NCBI GenBank assembly: GCA_045538555.1
Contig: JAZSRP010000049.1
Span: 129,476-193,475 of the forward strand
Direction: 5' to 3'
Origin: Eubacteriales bacterium
GTDB lineage: Bacteria; Bacillota; Clostridia; Oscillospirales; CAG-382
DNA length: 64,000 bases
Positions 52,870-61,064 of this stretch are shown piece after piece (position 1 is the stretch's first letter; each line of letters begins with the position of its first letter). The notes beneath the pieces were generated by a model, which ran no database searches, had not been told where the DNA came from, and saw only the letters and a list, made by a program, of their open reading frames with translations. A program made the position numbers and the translations under genes.

Positions 52870-54713
52870 AACGTTTTTTGTCAATCCTTGTGTTGATTTT
52901 TCTTGCTTTTTCTCTTGTGTCTTGTAAAAATGAAAAAGATGGAAACAACAGCCAATCCCAACCCGAGACCGACTATGTTGCCGAAGCGCAAAAGCTGCTG
53001 AATGACGGAAAAATCAAGGAAGCATATCAGTATCTCTACACAAACCGAAAAAATGAAAAAGCGGCGGAGATGCTTGAGGATTTTCTTGTGATACATCGTC
53101 ATACCGACCAAAAAACTTATTCACGTTACAACGCAAAGAGGGTTACCATTTACAATGAGCATGGAGATATGATCCGTGAGGATGTCACATTTCCTTTTCA
53201 GAGCTATTACTCGCAGGACTTTGTCCGTGAGTATAGGATCGAATACGATTCAGATGGTAGAATGCTGAAAAGCACAGAGATAGTCAACGGCACGGAGGAG
53301 ACCGTAGAGGTTTATACCTACAACGAGCATGGGCTTGTCCATACTTTCCAAAACGGTTATAAAGTGGATACCTATACATACGATGCCGACGGAAACACAA
53401 TACTTATATTCTCCGATCACATCGACAGCCCTTATTCCGAGACAAAGGAGTTTACATACGATCTGGAGGGCAATCTGCTCAACGAGGTCTTTTCCTACGC
53501 AGGTGGCGGTGACGAGGGAGATATGAGCGGTATCTATTACGACGAGAGATATACCTATGATGCCGCCGGAAATATGATCCGCAAGCTCTATTTCTCCGAG
53601 AATAACGAGACTATCCGCGATACTGCCTATACTTACAATGAGCATGGTGACGTTCTGACCCAGACCGTAAAGACAACTCACACCTACGTGTATGATGGCA
53701 ACGAGAAAACCAATGAGTACGTTGTTGAAACCTCATATCAATACACCTATGATGATGAGGGCAGAGTGACAAAAAAGATCACCGAGAACCCCAATATTAC
53801 AAAAACAGAGGAATTTGTTTACAATCAGCAGGGCGACGTTGTAAATGAAACCTGCACCGATTCCACCGGTGTTATCTATATCAAAGAGTTTGAGTTTGTA
53901 TATTCGGACAGCGGTGAGATAACGCAGATCACAGAGGTGCAAAACAGTTATACGGAGCTGACCTTTGATGAGACGTTTGACGACCGAGGCAATATTACCG
54001 GTCAGCATTCAGTAACCGCCACAGACGACAGAAGCAACAGCACGGAGTATACATATGATGAAAAGGGAAGGGTAACAAAAAAAGTGCATACCGACCCTGA
54101 TGGTGAGATAAACACCTTTGAGTATGAGTATGATGACCGAAACAACGTAACAAAAAAGACTCAAAGGACAGAGTTGGGCAATGAGTTTGTCTATGAGTAC
54201 ACCTATGACGACCAAAACCGTGTTGTAAAAGAAGTCAAAAATTCTTACGGTTCAGTGACCGTCACCACAAATGAATACGATGAGCATGGCAATCTGACCA
54301 AAATTACGGAGAACCCCTCCGACGGAGAAAAAAAGGTGCGTGAGCATCGATATCAGTATGACGAGCGTGGCAATATATTGAAAAAAGAGTATATCAATGG
54401 CGGTGCCTTGGTTCAGACCACCGAATACGAGTACGATTCTGCGGACAGAGTGATCAAACGCACAAATTATTCTGCAGAAAACAAGATTATCGGCACTGTC
54501 ACCATTGAGTACGATGCGGACGGAAATACTCTTCGTGAGAAATGTGAAGCAGGGGAAGCAGGTGACTCGCTTACACCGTACGATTCGATCTATCGATATG
54601 ACGAGTTTGGAAACATGGTTTATCGGTATTATGCGTATCAGGATTCCCGATACGAATCTTGGTATTCTGATTTTTGTTATTTCTATCTACCCGGCAGAGT
54701 GGAGATCAAGTGA
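52866..54713 (+). CDS. YD-repeat lipoprotein
   Basis: Signal peptide with lipobox LVSC, then more than 15 degenerate repeats of the form YTYDxxGN / YEYDxxxN(V/L)TK. No recognisable C-terminal toxin or DPxGL motif. Confidence 0.75.
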   Translation: MKRFLSILVLIFLAFSLVSCKNEKDGNNSQSQPETDYVAEAQKLLNDGKIKEAYQYLYTNRKNEKAAEMLEDFLVIHRHTDQKTYSRYNAKRVTIYNEHGDMIREDVTFPFQSYYSQDFVREYRIEYDSDGRMLKSTEIVNGTEETVEVYTYNEHGLVHTFQNGYKVDTYTYDADGNTILIFSDHIDSPYSETKEFTYDLEGNLLNEVFSYAGGGDEGDMSGIYYDERYTYDAAGNMIRKLYFSENNETIRDTAYTYNEHGDVLTQTVKTTHTYVYDGNEKTNEYVVETSYQYTYDDEGRVTKKITENPNITKTEEFVYNQQGDVVNETCTDSTGVIYIKEFEFVYSDSGEITQITEVQNSYTELTFDETFDDRGNITGQHSVTATDDRSNSTEYTYDEKGRVTKKVHTDPDGEINTFEYEYDDRNNVTKKTQRTELGNEFVYEYTYDDQNRVVKEVKNSYGSVTVTTNEYDEHGNLTKITENPSDGEKKVREHRYQYDERGNILKKEYINGGALVQTTEYEYDSADRVIKRTNYSAENKIIGTVTIEYDADGNTLREKCEAGEAGDSLTPYDSIYRYDEFGNMVYRYYAYQDSRYESWYSDFCYFYLPGRVEIK

Positions 54714-54735
54714 TACTTGGTAATCAACAAAATAA

Positions 54736-54770
54736 AAACAAGCTGCGGTTGTTTGCCGCAGCTTGTTTTA
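54736..54770. terminator. Bidirectional terminator
   Basis: 13-bp stem AAACAAGCTGCGG/CCGCAGCTTGTTT with a flanking A-run and T-run, between convergent genes. Confidence 0.85.
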
Positions 54771-54776
54771 TCTATC

Positions 54777-55139
54777 CTATGGGTTTGGAAGCGCAAAGCT
54801 CTTTTCTTTCCAAGCGGATGGGTCGTCATTTGGATAAAAGCCCCATGATATACAAATCGAACGTTCATTTTGGGTTATTTTATAAACCCCCTCATTGAAA
54901 GGGCAAAAACCGTCGTCACCTCCCGTTGTCTCACCCAGCAGGACAGGGTCATCGCTTCCTTTTTGAAAATAGATCTCAGCCCCGCTTCCAAGCAAAAAAC
55001 GCCATTCTTTAATAATGATTTTTTCTGACGAATCCTGCAATGCTACGGAAATATCTTCAAGGTATTCACGGCTGTAATTACAACCTGCCATGGAAACAAG
55101 ACATGCCAGCATCAATACAAGCAGTACAATTCTTTTCAC
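54777..55139 (-). CDS. Hypothetical small lipoprotein
   Basis: MKRIVLLVLMLACLVSMAGC lipoprotein signal; 120 aa. Confidence 0.6.
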   Translation of the reverse strand: MKRIVLLVLMLACLVSMAGCNYSREYLEDISVALQDSSEKIIIKEWRFLLGSGAEIYFQKGSDDPVLLGETTGGDDGFCPFNEGVYKITQNERSICISWGFYPNDDPSAWKEKSFALPNP

Positions 55140-55163
55140 TTTTTCACCCCTTTTTGAAAAATT

Positions 55164-55487
55164 CTATGCGTAGAAAATAAAAACCGAAACGATCACAAGG
55201 ATAACTGCTGAAACGGTTTCCGCAACAGCGGCATATCTTATGGATTTTTTTGAAAAAAGCTTGATGCATACTGCAGATAGAATCAACCCAAGCAAAGAAA
55301 TGACAAACAAAACGATGCCGTATCCCATACCGATCCCAAAAGAGTCGATACCGCTTGTGTTGTGTGCAGCAGCAATATCATTTTTGATAGTGATAATGTC
55401 GTATACAGCGTATATACTGCCGGCAACGGCCAATACAACCACAAAAAGGGACACAACAAACAAAACCTCAGATACTGCTTTTTTCAT
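55164..55487 (-). CDS. Hypothetical small membrane protein
   Basis: Three hydrophobic helices. GAGGAA lies 9 nt before the ATG at 55487. Confidence 0.55.
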   Translation of the reverse strand: MKKAVSEVLFVVSLFVVVLAVAGSIYAVYDIITIKNDIAAAHNTSGIDSFGIGMGYGIVLFVISLLGLILSAVCIKLFSKKSIRYAAVAETVSAVILVIVSVFIFYA

Positions 55488-55514
55488 GGTGTGATTCCTC
55501 ATATCGGATCGATG

Positions 55515-57056
55515 TTATTCGCCCCAAATCCCCTTTTCTTTCAAAATTCTGTTTGCTCTGACAGTGTTGAAGGAATAGCCGGAAAAACCGGTTTTTGATC
55601 TTATCTTTTCGGCTCTCCGACGCAAAAATTCCTCTGCCTCGTCCCTCAGCTCCGTGTCGTCACAGTCCAGCAGCGAGGCAACGTACGGAACCGCTCCGTC
55701 ATCCAGAGTGTACATGGCCTTTATATCCACGGTTTCCAGATTTCCGTCAAGATATGAGTTGACGTTGTATTGAGCAATCCGGGCATCAACGTTTGAAAAG
55801 ATCAGCACCAGCACCATCATCGCAACGGCTCCTGCAGTGCATAGGTTGAACCTGAGCTTTTCAAATACTTGTTTTATTATGATCAAAAGAAATACCAATC
55901 CCAAAAGTATCATAAACCACGTGGTAACAAAACGTTTTGACGTGAGTCCATAGCTGTTGATATACATAGCCATTTTTGCAATATCGATGGCAACCAAAAC
56001 CTCAGTGCAAACAGAGATCAAAATGGTGATAATTTTGAGCATCAGTGGTTTTTTTCCTTCTTTCCGTTGGCAAAAAAGATTGATGCAACCAATGATGCAC
56101 AGGTTAATTACTGCCACCGAGCATAGCTCAAAAAAACCCTTTCGCGCATATTCGGCGTAGGAATAATCAGGTGGTAGAATATTTTCAAACGCTGATACAA
56201 AATATGCAAATTGTGATACAAAAAACAGTCCGTATACCAGCAGCAGCGGAACCGTTGCTCCAAGAACCGTTGCAGGTGATATCTTTTGAGCTTTTTTCAA
56301 AAAATCATTGTGGCTTTCGGTGATGCTGTCAGGTTTTTTGTACTGATTACAGTTTCCCCACAATGCGCCAAACAGGTACAGTGCAAGAGGAACGCCAAAC
56401 ATAAGCATCAAAAAATTTTCAAACACGGACCATTGGTCAATGACAAAAATACTGTCAAAAATGTTTGAAAAAGCAGCGTCTGCATCCTTCAGCAACGAGA
56501 TGACCATTATCAGCGGAACCGTACCCACAGCAAGTCCTGCCGCAACCTTTGACAGATATCTGTTTTTACCTTTGTTTTCGCGGTTTGATGAAAAAACAGC
56601 ACCCCATATACTTCCAAAAGCAGAAAATGGAATCTGAAATATAGCTTTTGCTCCGTCAAACAAAAAATAACCGTCAAAAGGAGCACTGCTCTCGTTTTTG
56701 CACAGAATCATCAAAAGATAGGTCAATCCAACAGTAAAAGAAATCAGACTGATGTTTTCAACATAGTCGTTTCGGCTGATCGAATATGCAAAGCATACAG
56801 CAACCAAAAATGCCGTCAAAGCGATGTGAACCTTTTCAAACCGTTTTTTTGCCAAAATGCAATATCCGCATACGGAAAAAAGTATTGCAAGCATCACCGC
56901 CGTCAGTCCAAACCCTCTAAACGAGGCGGTAAAAAACCAACAACGGGCAAACAGGTATCCAAGCACAAAAAACAAGATGCCAAAAATTCTGTCATACCTG
57001 CCAAAAAATCTTTTTGGCATTTCTGCAAAAAATCCCGTGTCTGCGCCAGTATTCAT
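55515..57056 (-). CDS. Polytopic membrane protein (DUF4153/DUF4173-like)
   Basis: 513 aa with more than 10 TM helices. Its start overlaps the stop of the upstream small HTH gene by 4 nt. The family call is from memory of the common DUF2975-HTH-DUF4153 neighbourhood. Confidence 0.65.
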   Translation of the reverse strand: MNTGADTGFFAEMPKRFFGRYDRIFGILFFVLGYLFARCWFFTASFRGFGLTAVMLAILFSVCGYCILAKKRFEKVHIALTAFLVAVCFAYSISRNDYVENISLISFTVGLTYLLMILCKNESSAPFDGYFLFDGAKAIFQIPFSAFGSIWGAVFSSNRENKGKNRYLSKVAAGLAVGTVPLIMVISLLKDADAAFSNIFDSIFVIDQWSVFENFLMLMFGVPLALYLFGALWGNCNQYKKPDSITESHNDFLKKAQKISPATVLGATVPLLLVYGLFFVSQFAYFVSAFENILPPDYSYAEYARKGFFELCSVAVINLCIIGCINLFCQRKEGKKPLMLKIITILISVCTEVLVAIDIAKMAMYINSYGLTSKRFVTTWFMILLGLVFLLIIIKQVFEKLRFNLCTAGAVAMMVLVLIFSNVDARIAQYNVNSYLDGNLETVDIKAMYTLDDGAVPYVASLLDCDDTELRDEAEEFLRRRAEKIRSKTGFSGYSFNTVRANRILKEKGIWGE

Positions 57057-57268
57057 ACCGTTTCTCCTTTTTTGTATTCCAAAATATCTCCCGGTGTGCA
57101 GTCCAGCTCCCTACATATGGCCTCAAGAGTAGAAAACCTGATGGCCTTTGCTTTGTTGTTTTTCAGTATAGAAAGATTTGCTTGTGTGATCCCAACACGC
57201 TCAGCCAGCTCCTGCAAAGAAATTTTTCGTTTTGCCATCATTACGTCAAGATTGATAATAATACTCAT
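57053..57268 (-). CDS. Small XRE/YozG-like HTH transcriptional regulator
   Basis: 71 aa; MAKRKISLQELAERVGITQANLSILKNNKAKAIRFSTLEAICRELDCTPGDIL. Confidence 0.85.
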   Translation of the reverse strand: MSIIINLDVMMAKRKISLQELAERVGITQANLSILKNNKAKAIRFSTLEAICRELDCTPGDILEYKKGETV

Positions 57269-57277
57269 TATACCACC

Positions 57278-57730
57278 TCATATGGTGAGCTCGGTTTCTT
57301 TTTTATACTCGGATCCCTGCTCCAAAACGTTTTTTACCACCCGCAGTAAAACGCCCAAAAATGAGGTGGCAAACGCCAAAGCAAAAACGCTGTAATAACA
57401 AAAACCGATGACAACAAATAGGGGAGTCACCCCAAAGCAACACCAAGATATCCCTCTGATCAATGACACGGTAATCGGAGAAAACACAAGATTTCTCATG
57501 ATGCGCTTCATGAGCAAAACCAACATTGAAGAGGCAACTACACCCATCAGACAGGCGGGATACAAAAAGCAGAGCGTAAAGGTGTAGTGGCGATATTCGG
57601 TGTCAAAAAATCCCACAGCCCATTTCCATGCCCATGGTAGAGAGACAGTGAGAGACAAGAATGCCAGTGTCATGATGATGCACAAAACAAAAGTCACCTT
57701 TGCCGATACGTACTTGTTTGCTCTTGCCAT
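57278..57730 (-). CDS. DUF2975-like membrane protein
   Basis: 4 TM helices. GGAGG lies 8 nt before the ATG at 57730. It is the first gene of a three-gene unit with the small HTH. Confidence 0.65.
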   Translation of the reverse strand: MARANKYVSAKVTFVLCIIMTLAFLSLTVSLPWAWKWAVGFFDTEYRHYTFTLCFLYPACLMGVVASSMLVLLMKRIMRNLVFSPITVSLIRGISWCCFGVTPLFVVIGFCYYSVFALAFATSFLGVLLRVVKNVLEQGSEYKKETELTI

Positions 57731-57846
57731 ACAGAAATACCTCCAAAAAAACAATTATTCTATACACTGACTCTATCACACAAAATGCTGTTTGTCAATA
57801 GAAAATTATCGAAAAACAATAAAATTATTCTGTATATCAAAAACTG

Positions 57847-57875
57847 TTTACAAAATTGAATTTGGCTGGTATAAT
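57847..57875 (+). promoter_or_regulatory. Promoter of the ATPase gene
   Basis: TTTACA, 17 nt, TATAAT with TGn. Confidence 0.5.
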
Positions 57876-57904
57876 ATACAAAACACAAAAAGAGGAGGGA
57901 ATAT

Positions 57905-58783
57905 ATGCTGTTTCTGGAATCTTTTTCCGTCCCGACGGAGGGAGCGGAGCGGAGCTTTTTGCTGGAATCTCATCCGGAGCTGGATATGACCTGTTATTCA
58001 CAGACAGGGGCATATCCTTTTCGGTTGTTCCCTTCAAAAAAGATATCACATTTTGAGTTTTTGCCTGTAACTATATTTTACGGTGGAAATGGCTCGGGCA
58101 AATCCACGCTTCTCAATGTTATTGCCCAAAAACTTTGCCTCCCTCGTATGTCTCCTTTTTTTCTTCCGCCGTTGTTTGAAAAATACGTGTCGCTCTGCAA
58201 AGCGGAGCAAAGCATCAAGTCGCCTCAGCACAGCCGCATTATTACCAGTGACGATATTTTTGATTATTTGCTTGATATCCGCAGCATCAATGGTGGAGTG
58301 GACGCAAAGCGCAAAGAGATGTTTGCTCTCTATGATGAGTCAAAGGATGACGATGTATTAAAATTTGACGGACTGGCGGATTATGAATCGCTCAAGTTCC
58401 GAAACGAGGTTCGCCGCAGCTCAAAATCACAGTTCACTTCAAAAAGGATCCCTCGTGAGATCAAGCTCAACTCCAACGGTGAGAGCGCATTGAGTTATTT
58501 TACAAGCACTATAAAAAATGATGCACTTTACCTACTGGATGAGCCGGAGAACAGCTTGTCGGCAGAGTATCAAAAGATTCTTTCTGAATTTCTTCATGAT
58601 TCTGCCAGATATTACGGATGCCAGCTTGTGATATCTACCCATTCTCCTTTTTTGCTTTCAATACCGGGAGCGCGTGTGTATGATCTTGATTCCGTTCCAT
58701 GTCAGGTAAAAAAATGGAGCGACCTGAAAAACGTCAGGGCATACTACGACCTGTTCTGTCGGCATAAAAAGGATTTCGAATGA
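57905..58783 (+). CDS. Stand-alone ABC-like (AAA_21-type) ATPase
   Basis: Walker A GGNGSGKST, Walker B LYLLDEPENSLS, STHSPFLL (H-loop). 292 aa with no TM or partner gene. RBS GGAGG. Confidence 0.8.
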   Translation: MLFLESFSVPTEGAERSFLLESHPELDMTCYSQTGAYPFRLFPSKKISHFEFLPVTIFYGGNGSGKSTLLNVIAQKLCLPRMSPFFLPPLFEKYVSLCKAEQSIKSPQHSRIITSDDIFDYLLDIRSINGGVDAKRKEMFALYDESKDDDVLKFDGLADYESLKFRNEVRRSSKSQFTSKRIPREIKLNSNGESALSYFTSTIKNDALYLLDEPENSLSAEYQKILSEFLHDSARYYGCQLVISTHSPFLLSIPGARVYDLDSVPCQVKKWSDLKNVRAYYDLFCRHKKDFE

Positions 58784-58958
58784 TCATCTGCACCTATGTT
58801 ACAATAGATAGGAAAAAATAAAATCAAATAAAAAACCCGCCGTATCCCTTGACATTGCGGCGGGATTTAATTATAATCAAAAAGGTCAAAACTGTGCAGA
58901 TCATGCTTGGCTGTGTGTGCGTTTTAGAAACGATAAAATTCGAGTAATAAAATTATTT

Positions 58959-59034
58959 CGGGGTGTGGCTCAGTTGGTAGAGCGGGTGGTTTGGGACCAT
59001 CAGGCCGCAGGTTCAAGTCCTGTCACTCCGACCA
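58959..59034 (+). tRNA. tRNA-Pro (anticodon TGG)
   Basis: Hand-folded 76-nt cloverleaf. Acceptor CGGGGTG/CACTCCG, D arm GCTC/GAGC, anticodon arm GGTGG-TTTGGGA-CCATC, T arm GCAGG-TTCAAGT-CCTGT, encoded CCA. Confidence 0.88.
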
Positions 59035-59039
59035 AATTA

Positions 59040-59078
59040 ACACCTACCGTTTATTTTAGTAGGTGTTTATTGTTTTGT
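59040..59078 (+). terminator. Terminator after tRNA-Pro(TGG)
   Basis: ACACCTAC-loop-GTAGGTGT (59040-59066) followed by TTTATTGTTTTG. Confidence 0.7.
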
Positions 59079-59099
59079 TACAAACACAAGAGGTAAAGT

Positions 59100-59966
59100 A
59101 TGCTTAGAAGAAATAAAAAAAGCAAAATTGAAATTAGCAAATATACATGCTCTCGATTACTTTCAGATCATAACAACAAATCCCTAATTTCGACCTTTTC
59201 GTGTTCCAAAAATCCTTTGCTCGCAGCAAATATACAACGAAGTGCATGGTTTGAGGAACAAAATAATAAGCGCGCATATTATCTTATCAAAGAAGATAGT
59301 AAGATTGTTTTATACTTTTCATTACAATGTGGTTTGTTGATCAAATCACACGAAAAGATACTTCGCGGCATCGGGCATAAAGAAACAACTACTGGCTTCG
59401 AATATTATATCAACGACGATATTGTCGATGTAACTAAAACCATTCCCGCAATCGAACTTTCCCATTTTTGCATAAACGATTCATACAAAAACAAAAAGAA
59501 TGAATGGTTTATTCTTAACGGACCATTCAAGTATCATGTTGGGCAATATTGTTTTTATCAATATATTGCACCAATTGTTATTGATATTGCTAACAAATTA
59601 GGTGTGGAAATTCTATATCTCTTTTGTGCTGACGAGGGTAACGGTAAATTATTTAATTATTATTCGTTGTTACATTTTAAGATTATGGATGATATGGCGT
59701 GTGTTAGATCAGAACACGAGAATAATCTCCTTTGTATGACTCAAAAAATCAATGATTTGAAATTATTCGCAAAACAATTCATGGATGAAAAGAAAGCAAC
59801 GGCTATTTTAGCATATTTAAAAATACATAAGAGTATAAACATCAAAAAACTCAAAAGTATATTTCATGTTTATGATGTGCTTGAACTAATGAGAAAGCTG
59901 ATTGAGCAAGGCTTCATTGAAGAAGATTCAGATCATATAAATTCATATAGATTAAAGCAAAAATAA
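59100..59966 (+). CDS. AT-rich orphan protein (possible GNAT-like fold with C-terminal winged-helix-like tail)
   Basis: 288 aa; RBS GAGG. The first 60 nt have 27% GC by spot count. PAIELSHFCIN and a downstream helix resemble the GNAT beta4-alpha3 region, but this is weak. Confidence 0.55.
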   Translation: MLRRNKKSKIEISKYTCSRLLSDHNNKSLISTFSCSKNPLLAANIQRSAWFEEQNNKRAYYLIKEDSKIVLYFSLQCGLLIKSHEKILRGIGHKETTTGFEYYINDDIVDVTKTIPAIELSHFCINDSYKNKKNEWFILNGPFKYHVGQYCFYQYIAPIVIDIANKLGVEILYLFCADEGNGKLFNYYSLLHFKIMDDMACVRSEHENNLLCMTQKINDLKLFAKQFMDEKKATAILAYLKIHKSINIKKLKSIFHVYDVLELMRKLIEQGFIEEDSDHINSYRLKQK

Positions 59967-60058
59967 TTTTGCAAAACCACATAAACATTCCACGCATATC
60001 ACTTGCTTTTCTCTATACAGTATACAGTTCATATCTTTTTCTTTGTTTACTCCGCACC

Positions 60059-60092
60059 AACCATTGAGGGCGCCTTATTCGGCGCCCTCTTT
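60059..60092. repeat. 34-nt hairpin module, copy 1
   Basis: AACCATTGAGGGCGCCTTATTCGGCGCCCTCTTT. It is identical to 62081-62114 except for one loop base. The stem is GAGGGCGCC/GGCGCCCTC. Confidence 0.85.
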
Positions 60093-60209
60093 GCGTTTTG
60101 CTTTTTCTTCCGCAATCTCCGCTTTGACTTGCTCGATCATCTCGGCGAGCTTGATTTCGCATTGCTCTTTCGTTTCGGCTTAGACGTTGAACTTTTTTCG
60201 CTTGCCGTT
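60075..60209 (-). pseudogene. Possible remnant of an integrase N-terminal region
   Basis: The minus-strand frame reads NGKRKKFNV*AETKEQCEIKLAEMIEQVKAEIAEEKAKRKEGAE*. This resembles the GKRK..F.YgKTkkEaeeKL motif near the N-terminus of many Firmicute tyrosine integrases. It has an internal stop and is truncated. Confidence 0.3.
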
Positions 60210-60304
60210 TTAGTTAGAAACTGCTTTCCCGCAGGCTGTCGTTAATCTGATACAGATAATTCATTCCAAACTTCCTTTTTTTACAAATGTTTTTATAAAA
60301 CCGC

Positions 60305-60335
60305 TTGACATTGACGCTACGTCAAGTGATATGAT
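60305..60335 (+). promoter_or_regulatory. MerR-type promoter with 19-bp spacer containing a perfect palindrome
   Basis: TTGACA (60305-60310), 19-nt spacer, TATGAT (60330-60335). The spacer begins with TTGACG-CTA-CGTCAA (60311-60325). Confidence 0.6.
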
Positions 60336-60357
60336 ACAATACAGAGGGGGTGAGGAT

Positions 60358-61059
60358 ATGTATCAAAAGCCACTATACGATATTACAGAAGTTTGTAGGA
60401 TGCTTGGTACAACGTCAAGAACGCTTCGTTTCTATGAGGAAAAAGGCATTATTCAAAGCACCACGATCGGAACTTCATCTCGCCGTCAATATACCGAGGA
60501 TCAATTATCCCTTGTGAAAAATGTTCTTGTTCTTCGCACTTTGGGATTATCCGTAAAGGCAATCGCCGAGTTACAAAACAGCGGAACGGATTTGAAGGAT
60601 GCCGTCCTTTCCAAACGCGCAGAAATATATGCTTCTATTGAGTCACGAGTACGCGAAATCAATCTTTTGAATGAAGCCCTTTCGGCATTGGAATCTGGCA
60701 AAAATATATTTAGCGAGAACTGGCAACATTCTTTTGATCTGAATGCCGAAGAAAATGAAATTGCTCGGCTTTGTACTGATGCTATTTTGAATGGGGATGA
60801 CAATATTCTTTATGAACATTTAAGTCCTCGCTTGACGCAATATATGCCCAAAGATGTTTATCGTGTTGTACGAAAAGATACGTTAGAGCCACTTGGTGAT
60901 TTCGTTTCGATCGATAAGACCGTTGCTGATGATAGATTATCAAACAAACTATATTGTTTTGTCAGATATTCAAAACTTGGTCTAAAAGTTACATATGTTT
61001 TTCACGGTGAAAAGATAGACGGACTTTGGTTTGGATATTATGACACAAATTCGAGGTGA
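60358..61059 (+). CDS. MerR family transcriptional regulator
   Basis: YDITEVCRMLGTTSRTLRFYEEKGII HTH, a coiled-coil, and a ~110-aa C-terminal effector domain. The ATG at 60358 follows GGGGGTGAGG. Confidence 0.85.
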   Translation: MYQKPLYDITEVCRMLGTTSRTLRFYEEKGIIQSTTIGTSSRRQYTEDQLSLVKNVLVLRTLGLSVKAIAELQNSGTDLKDAVLSKRAEIYASIESRVREINLLNEALSALESGKNIFSENWQHSFDLNAEENEIARLCTDAILNGDDNILYEHLSPRLTQYMPKDVYRVVRKDTLEPLGDFVSIDKTVADDRLSNKLYCFVRYSKLGLKVTYVFHGEKIDGLWFGYYDTNSR

Positions 61060-61064
61060 AACGA

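Noticed and set aside
52866-54713. RHS/polymorphic toxin call for the YD-repeat protein
   Set aside because: No RHS core-end motif (DPxGL), no C-terminal toxin domain and no downstream immunity gene are visible.
60003-60245. 80-aa plus-strand ORF
   Set aside because: It has a non-ATG start, no RBS and a Phe/Leu-rich translation. The opposite strand gives the more meaningful, though broken, integrase-like frame.
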